DNA of 64,000 nt from Antechinus flavipes (taxonomy: Eukaryota). The stretch spans positions 48,360,001 through 48,424,000 of the forward strand of contig NC_067399.1 of assembly GCF_016432865.1 (NCBI RefSeq), in the 5' to 3' direction. Below are positions 46,348-57,799 of the stretch, in pieces (the first letter of the stretch is position 1; every line of letters begins with the position of its first letter). The notes beneath the pieces are model-generated. The model worked only from the letters and a program-made list of their open reading frames with translations, was not told the DNA's origin and did not search any database. The position numbers and the translations under genes are program-made.

Positions 46348-48389
46348 AAGAACCAAGGATTTTTTCTAGAGAGCGGCCAACTCCCTGGACTCGTGCCCCA
46401 TTTCCACCCCGAGGACGGATGGACGGTTCCCTTGGTTCACCAATGGCTCCTGTTTTGAATGCAGGCAACACAATGGGGGTAAACCCTGATCCTTTTCTTT
46501 TGGCCAGTGTTCTTGGTGGAAATCTGACTCGATTCCCAGCTGGCCCCCTCGCCAGAAATCCAGCTCCTTTTCCAAAGCCATCTGGCCCGTTGGCCTCATG
46601 TCCGCCTTCCTTCCCAGCTGGTGCCCGTGACTCAAATGTGGTTCCTTTTCCAAGAGGGATGAATCCTCCAAGCACAAGCTCAGTTCCTTTCCCAAGGTCA
46701 GGTGGCCCACTTGGCTCAGGTCTAAACCCTCGAGCAGGTATTGCCACGGGTGCAGGTCCTATGTCTAACCCTAGGCCAGGTGGGCTCCCGGGCACAGGTC
46801 CTATGCCTAATCCTAGGCCAGGTGGGCTCCCAGGCACAGGTCCTATGTCTAACCCAAGGGCAAGTGGTCTTCTGGGTGCTGGTCTTGATCCCAGAGCAGG
46901 TGGTCTGGGCTCAGGTCCTGGTCCTGACCTGAGACCAGGAGGTTCGCTAGGCACAGGTCTCGGCCCAAACCTAAGGACAGGTGGCCTTATGGGCACGGGC
47001 TCTGGTCCTGACCCCAGAGGAAGTGGGTTCTTGGGTACTACTGGCCCAGGTCCTAATTCTAGAATAGGTAGCCTGGGACCGGGCGGCCTGGGCGCTGGTG
47101 GCCTGGGACCGGGCGGCCTGGGCGCTGGCGGCCTGGGAGCAGGTAGCCTGGGCGCGGGCGGCCTGGGCTCAGGTGGTGTTGGCACCAACAGCCTGGGTGC
47201 AGGTAATGTTGGTGCAGGTGGCCTAGGCACAGGTGGCCTGGGTGCAGGCAACCTGGGAGGAGGTGGCCTGGGTGCGGGTGGCCTGAATCCAGGCCCAGGC
47301 CCAGGCCTCAACCTAAGAACCAGTGGTCTCTCAAACACAGGGCATGTCCCTGACCCCAGGGCAAGTGGATTTCTGGGCACAGGGCTTGGTCCTAACTCTA
47401 GAGTTAGTGGCCTAGGCACAGGCCCTGGTCCTGGTCCTAACCCAAGAGCAGGTGCCCCGGGACCAGGCCCTGGTCTTAACCCAAGAGTAGGTCTGGGAAC
47501 AGGCCAAGGTCCTAATCTGGATCCCAGAGCAGGTGGTGTCTTGGGTTCAGGAGCTGGTCCCAATTTGAGAGCTGCTGGTCTCATAGGCTCAGGATCTGGT
47601 CTTGATTTGAGAGCCTCTGGATCTCTAGGTATGGATCTTGCTCCCATTTTAAGGGCAGCTGGCCTCCTTGGAGCAAATTCAGCCCCTTTCTCACAGTCAT
47701 CTGGAAATATGGGTCCAAATCCATCTTCCATGACAAGAGCAACAGGTCCTATGGGTCCAAACTCTGGTCCTGGTTCTAGGATAGTTGGCCTTGCAGGTCC
47801 AAACTCTTCTCCTATGCCAAGGGCTAGTGGCCCATTAGGTCCTAATTCAACTCCTTTCTCAAGGCCAACTGGCCCCTTAGGTGTAAACTCGACTCCCTTT
47901 CCAAGGGGGACAAATCCTGCAGGCTTGAACCCAGCTACATTTTCCCAGTCCACCAGCTCAAACCCACCTACTTTTCCACGTTCCACTGGTCTTCAGGCAC
48001 ACAGTACAGCAATTTTCCCAAGGTCATCTGGTCCCTTGGGCCCAAACCCACCTAATTTCCCAAGATCAGCTGGACTGCAAGGCCCAAGTCCAGCTTCTTT
48101 CCCAAGATCCACTGGCCCACTCGGTCCTAGTCAAGTCCCTTTCCCCAGGTCTGCTGCTGGTTCACTAGGTCCCACATCAGCAAGTGCTCCAGGCATAAAC
48201 CAAGCTCCTTTTCCAAGGCCATCTGGTCCCATGGGTATAAACCCATCTTTTCCTAGGGTCAATGGCCCTATAATGAAGACTGTGGTACCATTTCCTAGGA
48301 GTGGAAGCCTTTCTGGTCCCGGTCCAACTTTTCCTAGACCAGGAGGCCCGTTGGCTGCAATGTACTCGAATGGAATGCTGCCACCCTAG
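46344..48389 (+). CDS. DERPC: DERPC proline/glycine-rich nuclear protein (681 aa), second ORF in the CHTF8 last exon
   Basis: Intronless 681-aa ORF. N-terminus [19 protein letters not shown] and C-terminus [11 protein letters not shown] match recalled human DERPC (~524 aa). The ATG overlaps the CHTF8 TGA. Confidence 0.92.
   Translation: MKEPRIFSRERPTPWTRAPFPPRGRMDGSLGSPMAPVLNAGNTMGVNPDPFLLASVLGGNLTRFPAGPLARNPAPFPKPSGPLASCPPSFPAGARDSNVVPFPRGMNPPSTSSVPFPRSGGPLGSGLNPRAGIATGAGPMSNPRPGGLPGTGPMPNPRPGGLPGTGPMSNPRASGLLGAGLDPRAGGLGSGPGPDLRPGGSLGTGLGPNLRTGGLMGTGSGPDPRGSGFLGTTGPGPNSRIGSLGPGGLGAGGLGPGGLGAGGLGAGSLGAGGLGSGGVGTNSLGAGNVGAGGLGTGGLGAGNLGGGGLGAGGLNPGPGPGLNLRTSGLSNTGHVPDPRASGFLGTGLGPNSRVSGLGTGPGPGPNPRAGAPGPGPGLNPRVGLGTGQGPNLDPRAGGVLGSGAGPNLRAAGLIGSGSGLDLRASGSLGMDLAPILRAAGLLGANSAPFSQSSGNMGPNPSSMTRATGPMGPNSGPGSRIVGLAGPNSSPMPRASGPLGPNSTPFSRPTGPLGVNSTPFPRGTNPAGLNPATFSQSTSSNPPTFPRSTGLQAHSTAIFPRSSGPLGPNPPNFPRSAGLQGPSPASFPRSTGPLGPSQVPFPRSAAGSLGPTSASAPGINQAPFPRPSGPMGINPSFPRVNGPIMKTVVPFPRSGSLSGPGPTFPRPGGPLAAMYSNGMLPP
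46755..46858 (+). repeat. Coding 42-bp tandem repeat (GPM[S/P][10 protein letters not shown] x ~2.5) in DERPC
   Basis: ggtcctatg(t/c)ctaa(c/t)cctaggccaggtgggctccc(g/a)ggcaca repeated with a 42-nt period. Confidence 0.9.
47067..47291 (+). repeat. Coding 15-bp tandem repeat (15 x G-G/S/N-L/V-G-x pentapeptide) in DERPC
   Basis: [75 protein letters not shown]; 47071-47098 is identical to 47101-47128. Confidence 0.95.
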
Positions 48390-49139
48390 AGACCACCCCC
48401 TCCCGCCTAGGCTACATTGGCTGCAAGGTACCACGGCTTTGGGCAAGATGGAACGGCTGTGTTCTGAAGGCCAGAAAGGCTTGACTTGATGGCCATTTCT
48501 TTTCACGGCTTATTTCTCCAATGAAGATGGAGTCTTCGATTTGCTTGTGAGACAAGGACTCTGGCAGGCAAGCTCAACCCTAAGGATGGGGAGAAAGACT
48601 CCCAGTGTCCTGTAGCCTGTGGTGCTTTCTCACTGCTTTGTGCCGACTTCTCTCTTTCTTACTCATTTCTTGGATTGTTCTCCTGGACTTTTCCTCAGGG
48701 ATGCAAAGGCCTGCCAGTCCCAGCTCATTCTGTACTACCATCTTCCCTATCAGAGAAAACCCGGGTAGCTGCTTTTGTTAATTGTGTTCCAGTTTTCAAA
48801 CATTACTCAGTAACTTTGTATAGAGCAGCTCTGACTGGATAGTCCTTTTCAGTTCTAAGTAAAGCTTATTTCTTTATGCCACAAACTGGACATTGGCCAC
48901 CTCTGGAATTCACAGGAGGCCAAAGTTGTGAAGCAGCTTCTCGCCTGCCCTTCTTGCTACTGTTAACTCCCAATCAAAGAACCTCAAGATTTTGAATTTG
49001 ATGTTGGCTCTGGGACCTAGGGGGTGGGGGGGATGGGAGGTAAAAGGGAGGGGGAGGGGAATAATCACTGCTTTTCAGCCTGGTATGAAGGCATCGTTGG
49101 TGTTTCATTCTACAATATATCATTTCTTACTGTTTCTTT

Positions 49140-49145
49140 AATAAA
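49140..49145 (+). terminator. CHTF8: Likely CHTF8/DERPC polyadenylation signal AATAAA
   Basis: First AATAAA I found after the DERPC stop (~750 nt downstream), in U-rich context. Confidence 0.55.
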
Positions 49146-49812
49146 TGGGATGGGAGGTTGCTGATTTTGAGCCCATTTTGTTACCTGGCCCAGGGGTAAG
49201 GAACCTCACCTTTGAGTTTTAATTGTTTTAGCTGAAGTTGGCTGTGAGCCTACATTCTCTTCTGTGTAGCTTGTCTAGCTGCTTTTGCTGTAGGAATAAG
49301 AAAGCTTACATTTGTGTTCACAGCTGGAGCTTTCTTACTCATCTGCCTGATAATTCATCAAGGATTTTGACCCAAATTACAATCTGAGTTAGGACCCACT
49401 TGTATATAACATCTTTAATATTGTTCCTGGGCTAAATGCACAATCACCTTTGACAGTTTTGTCAGTTAAATGGACTGAGTTTATGTTGGAAATTATCTGG
49501 GAAAGTGGTTGGATGGCAAATAAACCAGAGAGATGGAAGTTAAATTTCAGTTCTTGTTCACTTAAAGACTCAAGACTAGTATCAAGCACAGTGAACCCTT
49601 TATCTTTGGGAAACTGCTTTGCCGAGAGATCAGTGTCATCCTGTGAGATGTATTGAATGGTATATTACCTGGCATACCAGTATCTTTTAGCCCCATTTCA
49701 AGTTCCAGGTTTGGGGCTTACTGAGACACACCTAAGTTTTTTACACTGATTAAAAACAAGGGGGATGAGGACCTCTAAGAAATAATAAGACTGCTATTCT
49801 CGTGTGCAAATT

Positions 49813-49818
49813 TTTATT
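49813..49818 (-). terminator. HAS3: Likely HAS3 polyadenylation signal AATAAA
   Basis: tttatt on +, ~2.1 kb past the HAS3 stop, preceded on the mRNA by AU-rich sequence including TATTTAT (49885-49891). Confidence 0.5.
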
Positions 49819-51947
49819 TTGACAAATACATCATAGTATAAAAACTTTGACCTTTTTGAAAAGTGAAAAAAATGCAGGTAAAAAATAAATACATTTACAA
49901 ATCATTGTAGAAATAAGTAATTACAAAAGATCAGAAAAACCCTCATTAAAATGGGATTTAAGAGAAAAACCAAATTTTTCATTAATATAAATTCTCTTCC
50001 CTTGCACGAAATAGGGATAAAGCAGATGATGTTTGGTTTTGTGTTTTACAGAAAATATAAAAAATAACTTATAAAAACCAGTCGAGGTTGAAAGTTGTGA
50101 GCCCACTTATCTACCTCTGCTCCTTTTCTATCTGGGAATCTGGCAACAGTAGCAGGATTGGAGGAACTCTGATAGTAGGACAGCTAGGAAAAACCTATTT
50201 TTTCCTTAACCATTTTTAGGTAAAATTGAGAAAAGTAAGCCCTTAGTTTTACATCTGAACCTTGCATTGGCTGGCTGGATTTCCTCCATTATTTAGCTCA
50301 AAAGCTCACTCATTAATAAGCAAAACTTTGGAATGAACTAGAGCTGGTACCTCTGGCCTCTTCCTCATCCATGATGGTCTACCTGCCAGGAGGAGTAGAG
50401 AGCTGCTGTGATGCCGCAACTGCTGGCAGCACGCACAAGACACAAACTCGTTTGAAAAGAAAAGCACCATAAGTTGACCCAGTGGCCATTTGGAGCACAT
50501 TTCGTTCTCTTGCAGGAAACAACAGGTGTCCTAGAGGTTTTTCCCCTCCCCCCCCCAATTTGCCTTTTGGGTATTAGAGACTGATTCAGTAGTGAAGAAT
50601 AAAGTCAGGAATATTATTGTGGTCTTGCTAATAAACAAGAGATGCTCAAAGTCCCAAAGATGAGTTTAAACTAGTTCATGTTAACTCAAGAATTGAGAGT
50701 ATACAATTTATGGTGATTCAGCCAATGAGATGTAGAAAGAAGTGAGGAAAAAAAAAAACCTTAGGAACTGGAAACGCCCCATTTCCTGATTCTGTGTTGC
50801 CTAGAAATAAGCAAATATAAAGCTGAAAAATTTGAAACTTTAGCTGTGAGAAAACTGAAAAATGCCTAGGGGATAAGATGGAGAAACTTAAGGGCATAAG
50901 TGACAACTAAGAGACAAAAATTGCATCTGTAAACTATAGTAGAATCTAAGACAGCAGGTTGTAGTGGAGGGCAGGAGGCTGGATTTCATATAATAAGCAA
51001 CAGCTTGTTGGAGTTGACCTGAAATTCAAGTCTAAGCAGCTTCATAAACATCTACTTGCCCTCAGTCACCCCAAACAGTTATCTACCTGTCTTGGGCAGA
51101 CTTTTCTGCCACTTGAAATACTAAACAGTGCTATGGAGGAAAGAGAAGTGGTTCACTTAGAAACCCCATGGATTTAGAAGACTTCATAATTTCCTAAGCT
51201 TTAAATGATTGTGTTATAATTTCTTGAGTTGTTGCACATGGGAAGCCTTAATCCCAAACTCCAAATTTAAGAATTCCATCCATCATATGACTAAAATTTA
51301 CTGTGGCCTGTAGTATACTAAAAGAACATAGATGACTGACATGTGTGCCCTCTTCCTGGTATAAATTCACCTTCAACTGCTACTGGAAGTTTCTCATCCC
51401 TGCTGGTTTGGTCACTTTCTGGGTATTCAGGAATACTTGATCTTCAAACTAAAGCCCCATTCTCAGACCCTGTTCCCTGATACCCAGAGGCCAGTCCACT
51501 TCCTTGGGACAATCATAGGGATCTAGCGATTGGAAGTGTGGGCGGAGCTGGCTCACTCACCAAAAAGCTGCTGCTAAATGGAGGCCATTCTCAGATGTGC
51601 ACAGCACACTTGGTTCTGGATTACTCCTGGGCTTCAGGGAAAGGAAACAATCTCCAGAATCATTGTCAGTGCAGAGGTACAGGAGCCTCAGTGTCCAAGG
51701 AATCTAGTGACGGTTTCATTTGAATCCATGGTCTGTGTAATGGGATGGTTGCTCCAGGCCATACTGCAGGTCAAACTCCTTTGCACTGAAACTTGTCCTT
51801 TGGACGACAGTTAATAAAACAAGGACACAGCCCGCCCGCCCGCCCGCCCCATTTCTTTTCCTTAAACTGGTAGGAGTCAAGTTTGCCCCTTCCCCTCCCT
51901 GGCCCATTGCACTTTTCCCACGTTGCTCAGAGAGCTGCCCTTGCCCG

Positions 51948-52871
51948 TCACACTTCAGCAAAGGCTAAGCTGTATTGCTCAGGTTTCCTTCCACAGCGTC
52001 GGGCAATGATGGCCAAGTACAGCATAAGGAGTGCTACCCAGTAGCAGGCATACAAGATGGCCCCAGATACTAGGAAGGCCAGCTCTGTCTCACTGAATAG
52101 GTCCTGGCAATAAGCTGTGTAGGCCAACCCTCCCAGAAGGACTGCCACCCAAATAGACACGGGAATCAGTCCAATGAAGTTCACGACAATGGTTTTTCGG
52201 CCTGAGGTGCCCCATCCAGACTTGTTGATGGTGGCAATGGCAAAGATCTTGGCTGGCAAGAGACTGGACATGTAAAGGAGAGAATAAAGGGACATGAATA
52301 TCATTTCTGCATTGCCCCGAAGGAAGCAAGCATAGGTAGCCTTGATGATGCCCACAAGCTGCACTGTTAGCAAGAAGAGGAGGATGTTCCAGACACGGCC
52401 CCGATAGAACAACTGGATGACGGTAGCAATAAGAAAGAAGGGAAAGAAACCTGTCACCACAGACTCATAAGTCATCCAGAGGTGGTGTTTATGGAACCAC
52501 AGGGAGTTGTAGAGCCACTCTCGAAAGTAAGACTTGCTCCAGCGAGTCTGTTGGTTGAGCCAACGGAGGTACTTTGTAGGGGTCTCTGTGAGGCACTTTG
52601 AGCGTGCGGTATACTTAGTCTGGTAACCAAGGCTCAAAACCCGATTGGTAAGGTGCCGGTCATCTCCAAAGCTGCACTTGCTGCCTAGAAATTTCTGGTG
52701 GTACCAATCTTCTAGGAACTGCTGAAGAAGGGTGTTCCGGTACATGCCTAAGGGCCCACTGATGCACTGAACACAACCAAAATAGGACTGGCAGGCTCTT
52801 TCCACATTGAAGGCCATCCAGTACCGCACGCTACTCAAGAAGGAAATCCAGGAGTCATATTTGTTGAGGAT
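51948..52871 (-). CDS. HAS3: HAS3 hyaluronan synthase 3, last coding exon (924 nt incl. TGA)
   Basis: [18 protein letters not shown]...GDDRHLT...QQTRW...[10 protein letters not shown]2 synthase GDD and QxxRW motifs, C-terminal TM helices, HAS3-type C-terminus; acceptor ttttag| at 52872. Confidence 0.98.
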   Translation of the reverse strand: MLNKYDSWISFLSSVRYWMAFNVERACQSYFGCVQCISGPLGMYRNTLLQQFLEDWYHQKFLGSKCSFGDDRHLTNRVLSLGYQTKYTARSKCLTETPTKYLRWLNQQTRWSKSYFREWLYNSLWFHKHHLWMTYESVVTGFFPFFLIATVIQLFYRGRVWNILLFLLTVQLVGIIKATYACFLRGNAEMIFMSLYSLLYMSSLLPAKIFAIATINKSGWGTSGRKTIVVNFIGLIPVSIWVAVLLGGLAYTAYCQDLFSETELAFLVSGAILYACYWVALLMLYLAIIARRCGRKPEQYSLAFAEV

Positions 52872-53040
52872 CTAAAAAGGAACAAGAGAACTCTTGTTAG
52901 CTTCAACACACACTCCATTTCTCTGACAACTAGAGGCTACAGACAGAAGCATCTGGAGCATTCTGGTATTCGTGAATTTTCTAATCCAAAGCATCTTTAG
53001 GTCTTCTGCCTCACAGAACAGCCTAGGGGATAAAAGAGAT

Positions 53041-53422
53041 GTTGCTAAAGGGCTACCCTGGTTCCCTAGGAAAATGTCCAGCTTCCAGTTCTGAGCTAGC
53101 TAATGAAGGAAAATTTGAGGGTAGCAGGAAATTTTAATTTCCTAGGTACCTAGTTCCAACTCCACACTGTTTAACCCCCACCCCCCCTTACTCAATTCAA
53201 ATTTTGTCATTATGTTATCAAATGGTTAAAAGTTGCTAAAGGGCTACCCTGGTTCCCAAGGAAAATGTCCAACTTCCAGTTCTGGGCTGGCTAATGAAGG
53301 AAAATTTGAGGGTAGTAGGAAATTTTAATTTCCTAGGTACCTAGTTCCAACTCCACACTGTTTAACCCCCACCCCCCCTTACTCAATTCAAATTTTGTCA
53401 TTATGTTATCAAATGGTTAAAA
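53041..53422. repeat. 191-bp direct tandem duplication in HAS3 intron 3
   Basis: Copy 1 53041-53231, copy 2 53232-53422; 5 substitutions seen, no indels. Confidence 0.95.
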
Positions 53423-54215
53423 GCCAGTACTTAATGTTACGAGGAGATAGCAGCTGAGGGTCATAACAGACTGACAAAATGGGAGATTTGCTTGAGCCTA
53501 GAATGTTCTCTCCTCATCTCTGCCACCTTGCTTCCCAGCTAAAGTTCCACTTTCTGCAAGAAGCCTTTCCTGGTCACTCTTAATATGAATGCCTTCCCTT
53601 CTTATCTCCCATTTATCTTCGTACTTAGTAGTTTATATTTTGTGTCCCTTATTAGAAGATCAGCTTCTAGAGAGCAAGGACTATCTTTTGTCTTTCATTA
53701 GCTTTCCAGCACTTAAGTACAATACTTGGCACATGACAGGTGCTGAATAAATGCTTTATTTTACTGATAGGCTTACTGTCCTGCCCAAGAGGTTTCTCTT
53801 GGCTTTTCTCTATAAATATCTCTTAGAAGAGAATCTGGACCCCAATGTCATTAACTGAATGATGGATCTCTTAGAGATTTTTAGTCCCCAAAAGGAATCC
53901 CTCAAAAGGAATCCCCCAAAAGGAACGTCTGGATTTCTTGAAGAGTTACTCAGAAACAAAGTTTATCTTGAAAATTAGCCACTGACCTTCTAGGAAACTC
54001 ACTTGTCAAGAGGTCCAGATTTTCTCCACTGCAATCTTTTAGTCTTCTAAATTCTCAGCTCTCAATATCCCATTCTTTTCCCTCCAAAGCCACCAAGGGA
54101 GGGGGGGAAATTCCATTCTTCCCACCCCAAGCCCAGTGCTCTACTCCAGCCACAAGAAATTAAAAATAACTGTACCATAGGGCACTCTCCAGGAAAATCC
54201 CTAAATGTGTCTTAC

Positions 54216-54317
54216 TTGGACATCTCCCCCGACTCCACCCACTCGGGGATCCTCCTCCAGAACTCGAAGCATCTCCACAGTACACGCTGGATCCAGCACT
54301 GTGTCCGAATCGCACAC
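54216..54317 (-). CDS. HAS3: HAS3 exon 3 (102 nt)
   Basis: [34 protein letters not shown] (DxD motif); tgtcag| and |gtaaga. Confidence 0.97.
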
Positions 54318-57300
54318 CTGACAGAACAAGCATACGGTCAGCGTCTCTTAGGCTCAGATCCCCAGATCCCACGAAGTCCCTTTGGCTATCTGTCACTATC
54401 TCTTGCAACACTCCCCTACTTTTCCTGCTGTACCATTTTGCATTAGGATGGGGGAAGATAGATTAAAGAAAAGTTCCGGGTCTCCTAGGCAGTGTCTGGT
54501 TGACTTGAGTAAAGGGCACTAAACATGTAAAGAGGTGGGTGGGAGAGTCCCTATGCAGGGAAAGAAGGATAAGAGTTTGGGTTCTAGGTTTCACATCAAA
54601 CAAGTCTTGGCCCTCTCCAAGGCTATCGATATCCTTGCAGACAAGGAGGAGAAATGCCAAGCAGAGGAGCTAGTTTAAGCTCTTATAGTACAGCTCCTAT
54701 GTACCAACATTTTATTTATCTGGGGAGGAGGTGTTCGGGAACAAGTCACAACAATGGAACAACGGTTTTTCAGCCTGAAGTGCCGAAGCAGTGGCAGATC
54801 TGCCCAATTAACTCAGACCCCCAAGAAAACTGTCTCTGTCACATCACTTCCATCCACAGTCAACATCAGTACACCAGGAGATTACAAGGAAAGTCTAGTA
54901 TGTTTAGCAGTTCAGACAAGTCCAATCATCAGAGAATGGAGCAATCTGAAGCTAAATAAAAGGGGGAAAAAGCAATCCCATATCTGCATGGTGAGGGTTA
55001 GAGCTTCAAAGGATTTAAGAACTGCTGAAGCATGTATAAATTATATCTGATTGTTTACCATTTCAGGAGAAGTGGGGGGGGGGTTGGTTGGTAGAATCTG
55101 GAACTCAAAACTTTAAATAAAAATGTTTAAAAGTAGGAGAGAGAAAAAAAAAATACTTCAGCTAAAGAAAGGCCCTGAAGAAAGCAAAGGTGGAAGGGGC
55201 TTAGCAGGAGCTTGGGAACTGTGAGGCTAGTGTAATGTTCTATTAGGTTTTTTCCCAGGAAAAAAAGGCTATGTAATCGGTACTCTTGGGAATAATCTGA
55301 CATGGACAAGACCAAACTCCATAGATTATTTTTTACCATACCCATGCCTTTTCTCTTTTTTCTTAGGTTCTCCTTCATGTAATCCAGGGCCACTTGAAGG
55401 GCAGTTGCCTTCTCTTGTTATTTGTGAACCAATACCTATGGCTGAAACCCACAAACTTCATTTTGAGAAGTTAAATTGAGCATTATTATAATCTAAGAAT
55501 GAAGGGAAAGCATTTATTAAATGATAACTATATGTAAAGCAGTCCTTGGGCACTGAAGACATGTACAGAAAAGCAATCTCTCTCTCAAGGAGTTCCCATT
55601 CCAATGGGAGAGAGAATTAAGGTTTTACCTGTAAGCTAGATAGATCAGAGAAGCTGTCAAGGGTCAACTAGTCCATTTCATTTTATGGTAAGGAAACTAA
55701 GGCTCAGTTCAGTAGGTATTAAGTGATGCGTTTAATGTCACAAAACTCCCTAAAAGCCAGTGTATTTGTGATCAGAGTATATCCACACTTGGGATCTTGA
55801 TAAAACCTATCAGTCTGCCCATTCTGCCTTCTGCCAACTTTTATTGGGTCTATATTCTTAGGACCAAAGATTATATTCTAGGTGGGTCAATAATCCAGTT
55901 TCTGGCTTTCTTACTTAATAGAGTGACATATAGAACCTTTTCAGTCTGAAATAAGAAAGCAAGCAGGGTAAGAATAATTCGCTAACATGCTTAAAATTCC
56001 AAGTAATTCTTCTCAAAATTGAAAAAGAAATGCCTAGATCTAAAATTTTTGCTATTCCTAAATTTTAATTCCTGAGTTTTTTCCTAAAAACAGCTAACAT
56101 TTATATTGTGTGCTAAGTGCTTCACAATTATCTCACATTATCCACATTACAATAATTCTGGGAAGTAGGTGCTAGTATTACCCCATTTCACAGATTGCCA
56201 CAAATTGAGGGAAACAGAATTTATGTGACTTGGCCACATTCACCTAGCCAGTGAGTGTCTGAGACCTATTTGAACATAGATCTTCCTGATTTCAGCCCAG
56301 TGCTCTATCCAGAAGCATGTGACTTTAGTATGCCCTTTTTATTTTTCATTCAGCCTGGAATAGAGATATTAAGCAAGATATTAAGAGAATAGCCAGCAAG
56401 TGGGTTGTTAGAAATACAATTTATAGTTAATTAGAATAAAAGGAGTCTGGGTAATCCACAAATGCAATCCAAAGCATGCTGATATCAGTTCCAGAGGAAT
56501 CTCCCAAACTAAGAAGAGATTCCCAGAATAATCCTCCCTGGACTCTAAGGATATCTTACTTAAAAGCAATCATTCATTCCTACTTTTCCCCCTTATTCTT
56601 CGAATTCAAATAATTCCCCTCTCTTCTCCTATTGTCAATTTTCCTAAAGGGATCCATTCCTGGGTGAATAAGGATACTAAGGTAGGGAGCAGCTTCTATG
56701 GAGTGGACCGCATAGAGAGCACAATAGTGTTTTCTCCCTCTCTGGGAAGATTTAAATCTTGGATCAGACAGAAGGATTCACACTACATTTATAACTCATC
56801 ACCAATTATCTTTTGCTGATTATGCCTATAGGCAGTTATCCCACAGCAATAAAGTGGAGGGAGTCGGGCACCTGGAGCACAGCTGCTCATTGATCCAACA
56901 AAACACACAGGAAGTAAGATTTCTTTTTAGCTAGTTTTCTTTAGGAATTGTTGAAGGAGGGAGTGGCTTTTGTGGTGACAACAGAATAGATCAACATATA
57001 TTTCTAAAGAAACTTTCAACTGGAGTAACCATGTCCTATTTGAAATTCTGGACTCCTGAGCAAAAACAAAAGAACAGTTTGATAAAAAGCCCCGTGATAA
57101 ACCACAAAAAGCTAACTTTTCCAAAACCCAACTTCCCTCTCTAAAATATAGGGTTAAAACCATGAAGAGAGAAATTGGAGATTTATGAGTAATTCATTTG
57201 CACTTAGTAAATATTTGCTAAATATCCAAGCACTCTGCTAGATGATAGGGTCTCTGTCCCCACACATCTTAGATGGTATAACTTAAGTAGTTTATAAATA

Positions 57301-57785
57301 CTAACATCCCTGATCCTTTAATGAGTATTTGCAATATATAAAACTCTGAATTAGTAAAACCTTCAATCAGTGAATAGAACACCAAAGGAGCAGGACCCTA
57401 ACATGACTTTGATTGGTCTCTTCAGCCTGAAGTACCCCAAGCCTGAAGAAGGGGTATTCTCCCCACTTAATAGGGATACCTCCAGACATTTTCCCATTAT
57501 TATTTACCTATTACAAACTGGGAATACGATCCCAATTGATTACCTTCCAATTCAGGCACCTGGGTAAAGGTTTCCTCAGGGTGGGGAGACCTTACAGGCA
57601 GGAAGACAGATATTGGGGGAAGGATCATTTTAGAGTCAGAGGATCTGGATTAAAATCCAGTCCTTGCAATTTACTAGGGTTTATGAGGTCCCTATTGTGT
57701 GCCAGACACGCCAGTCACTGCATGAGCCCGCCCAGATAATGTCTAAGCTGCTCTCCAGCTCCAACTTCAGTATCCTCTAGGCCTG

Positions 57786-57799
57786 CCACTAGGGGGCAG
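57786..57799 (+). promoter_or_regulatory. CTCF motif
   Basis: CCACTAGGGGGCAG matches the CTCF core consensus CC(A/G)(C/G)(C/T)AG(A/G)(G/T)GGC(A/G). Confidence 0.65.

Noticed and set aside
46322-47986. 554-aa antisense ORF ([11 protein letters not shown] repeats) opposite DERPC
   Set aside because: In this register an antisense stop needs a sense Tyr codon, or a His/Gln codon preceded by T. DERPC has one Tyr (outside this span) and few His/Gln, so a long open frame is expected. No minus-strand promoter or splice signal supports it. Ribo-seq or MS evidence would reopen the question.
48660-48748. Minus-strand AG acceptor (48748-48747) in the CHTF8 3' UTR, loosely resembling the region I recall as the human HAS3 short-isoform terminal exon
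   Set aside because: Spliced to exon 3 it gives GRW* immediately; the similarity is from memory and weak, so no conserved isoform can be claimed.
54105-54114. Perfect NF-kB site GGGAAATTCC in HAS3 intron 3
   Set aside because: About 8 consensus matches are expected by chance in this window; unsupported without conservation or ChIP data, although HAS3 is cytokine-inducible.
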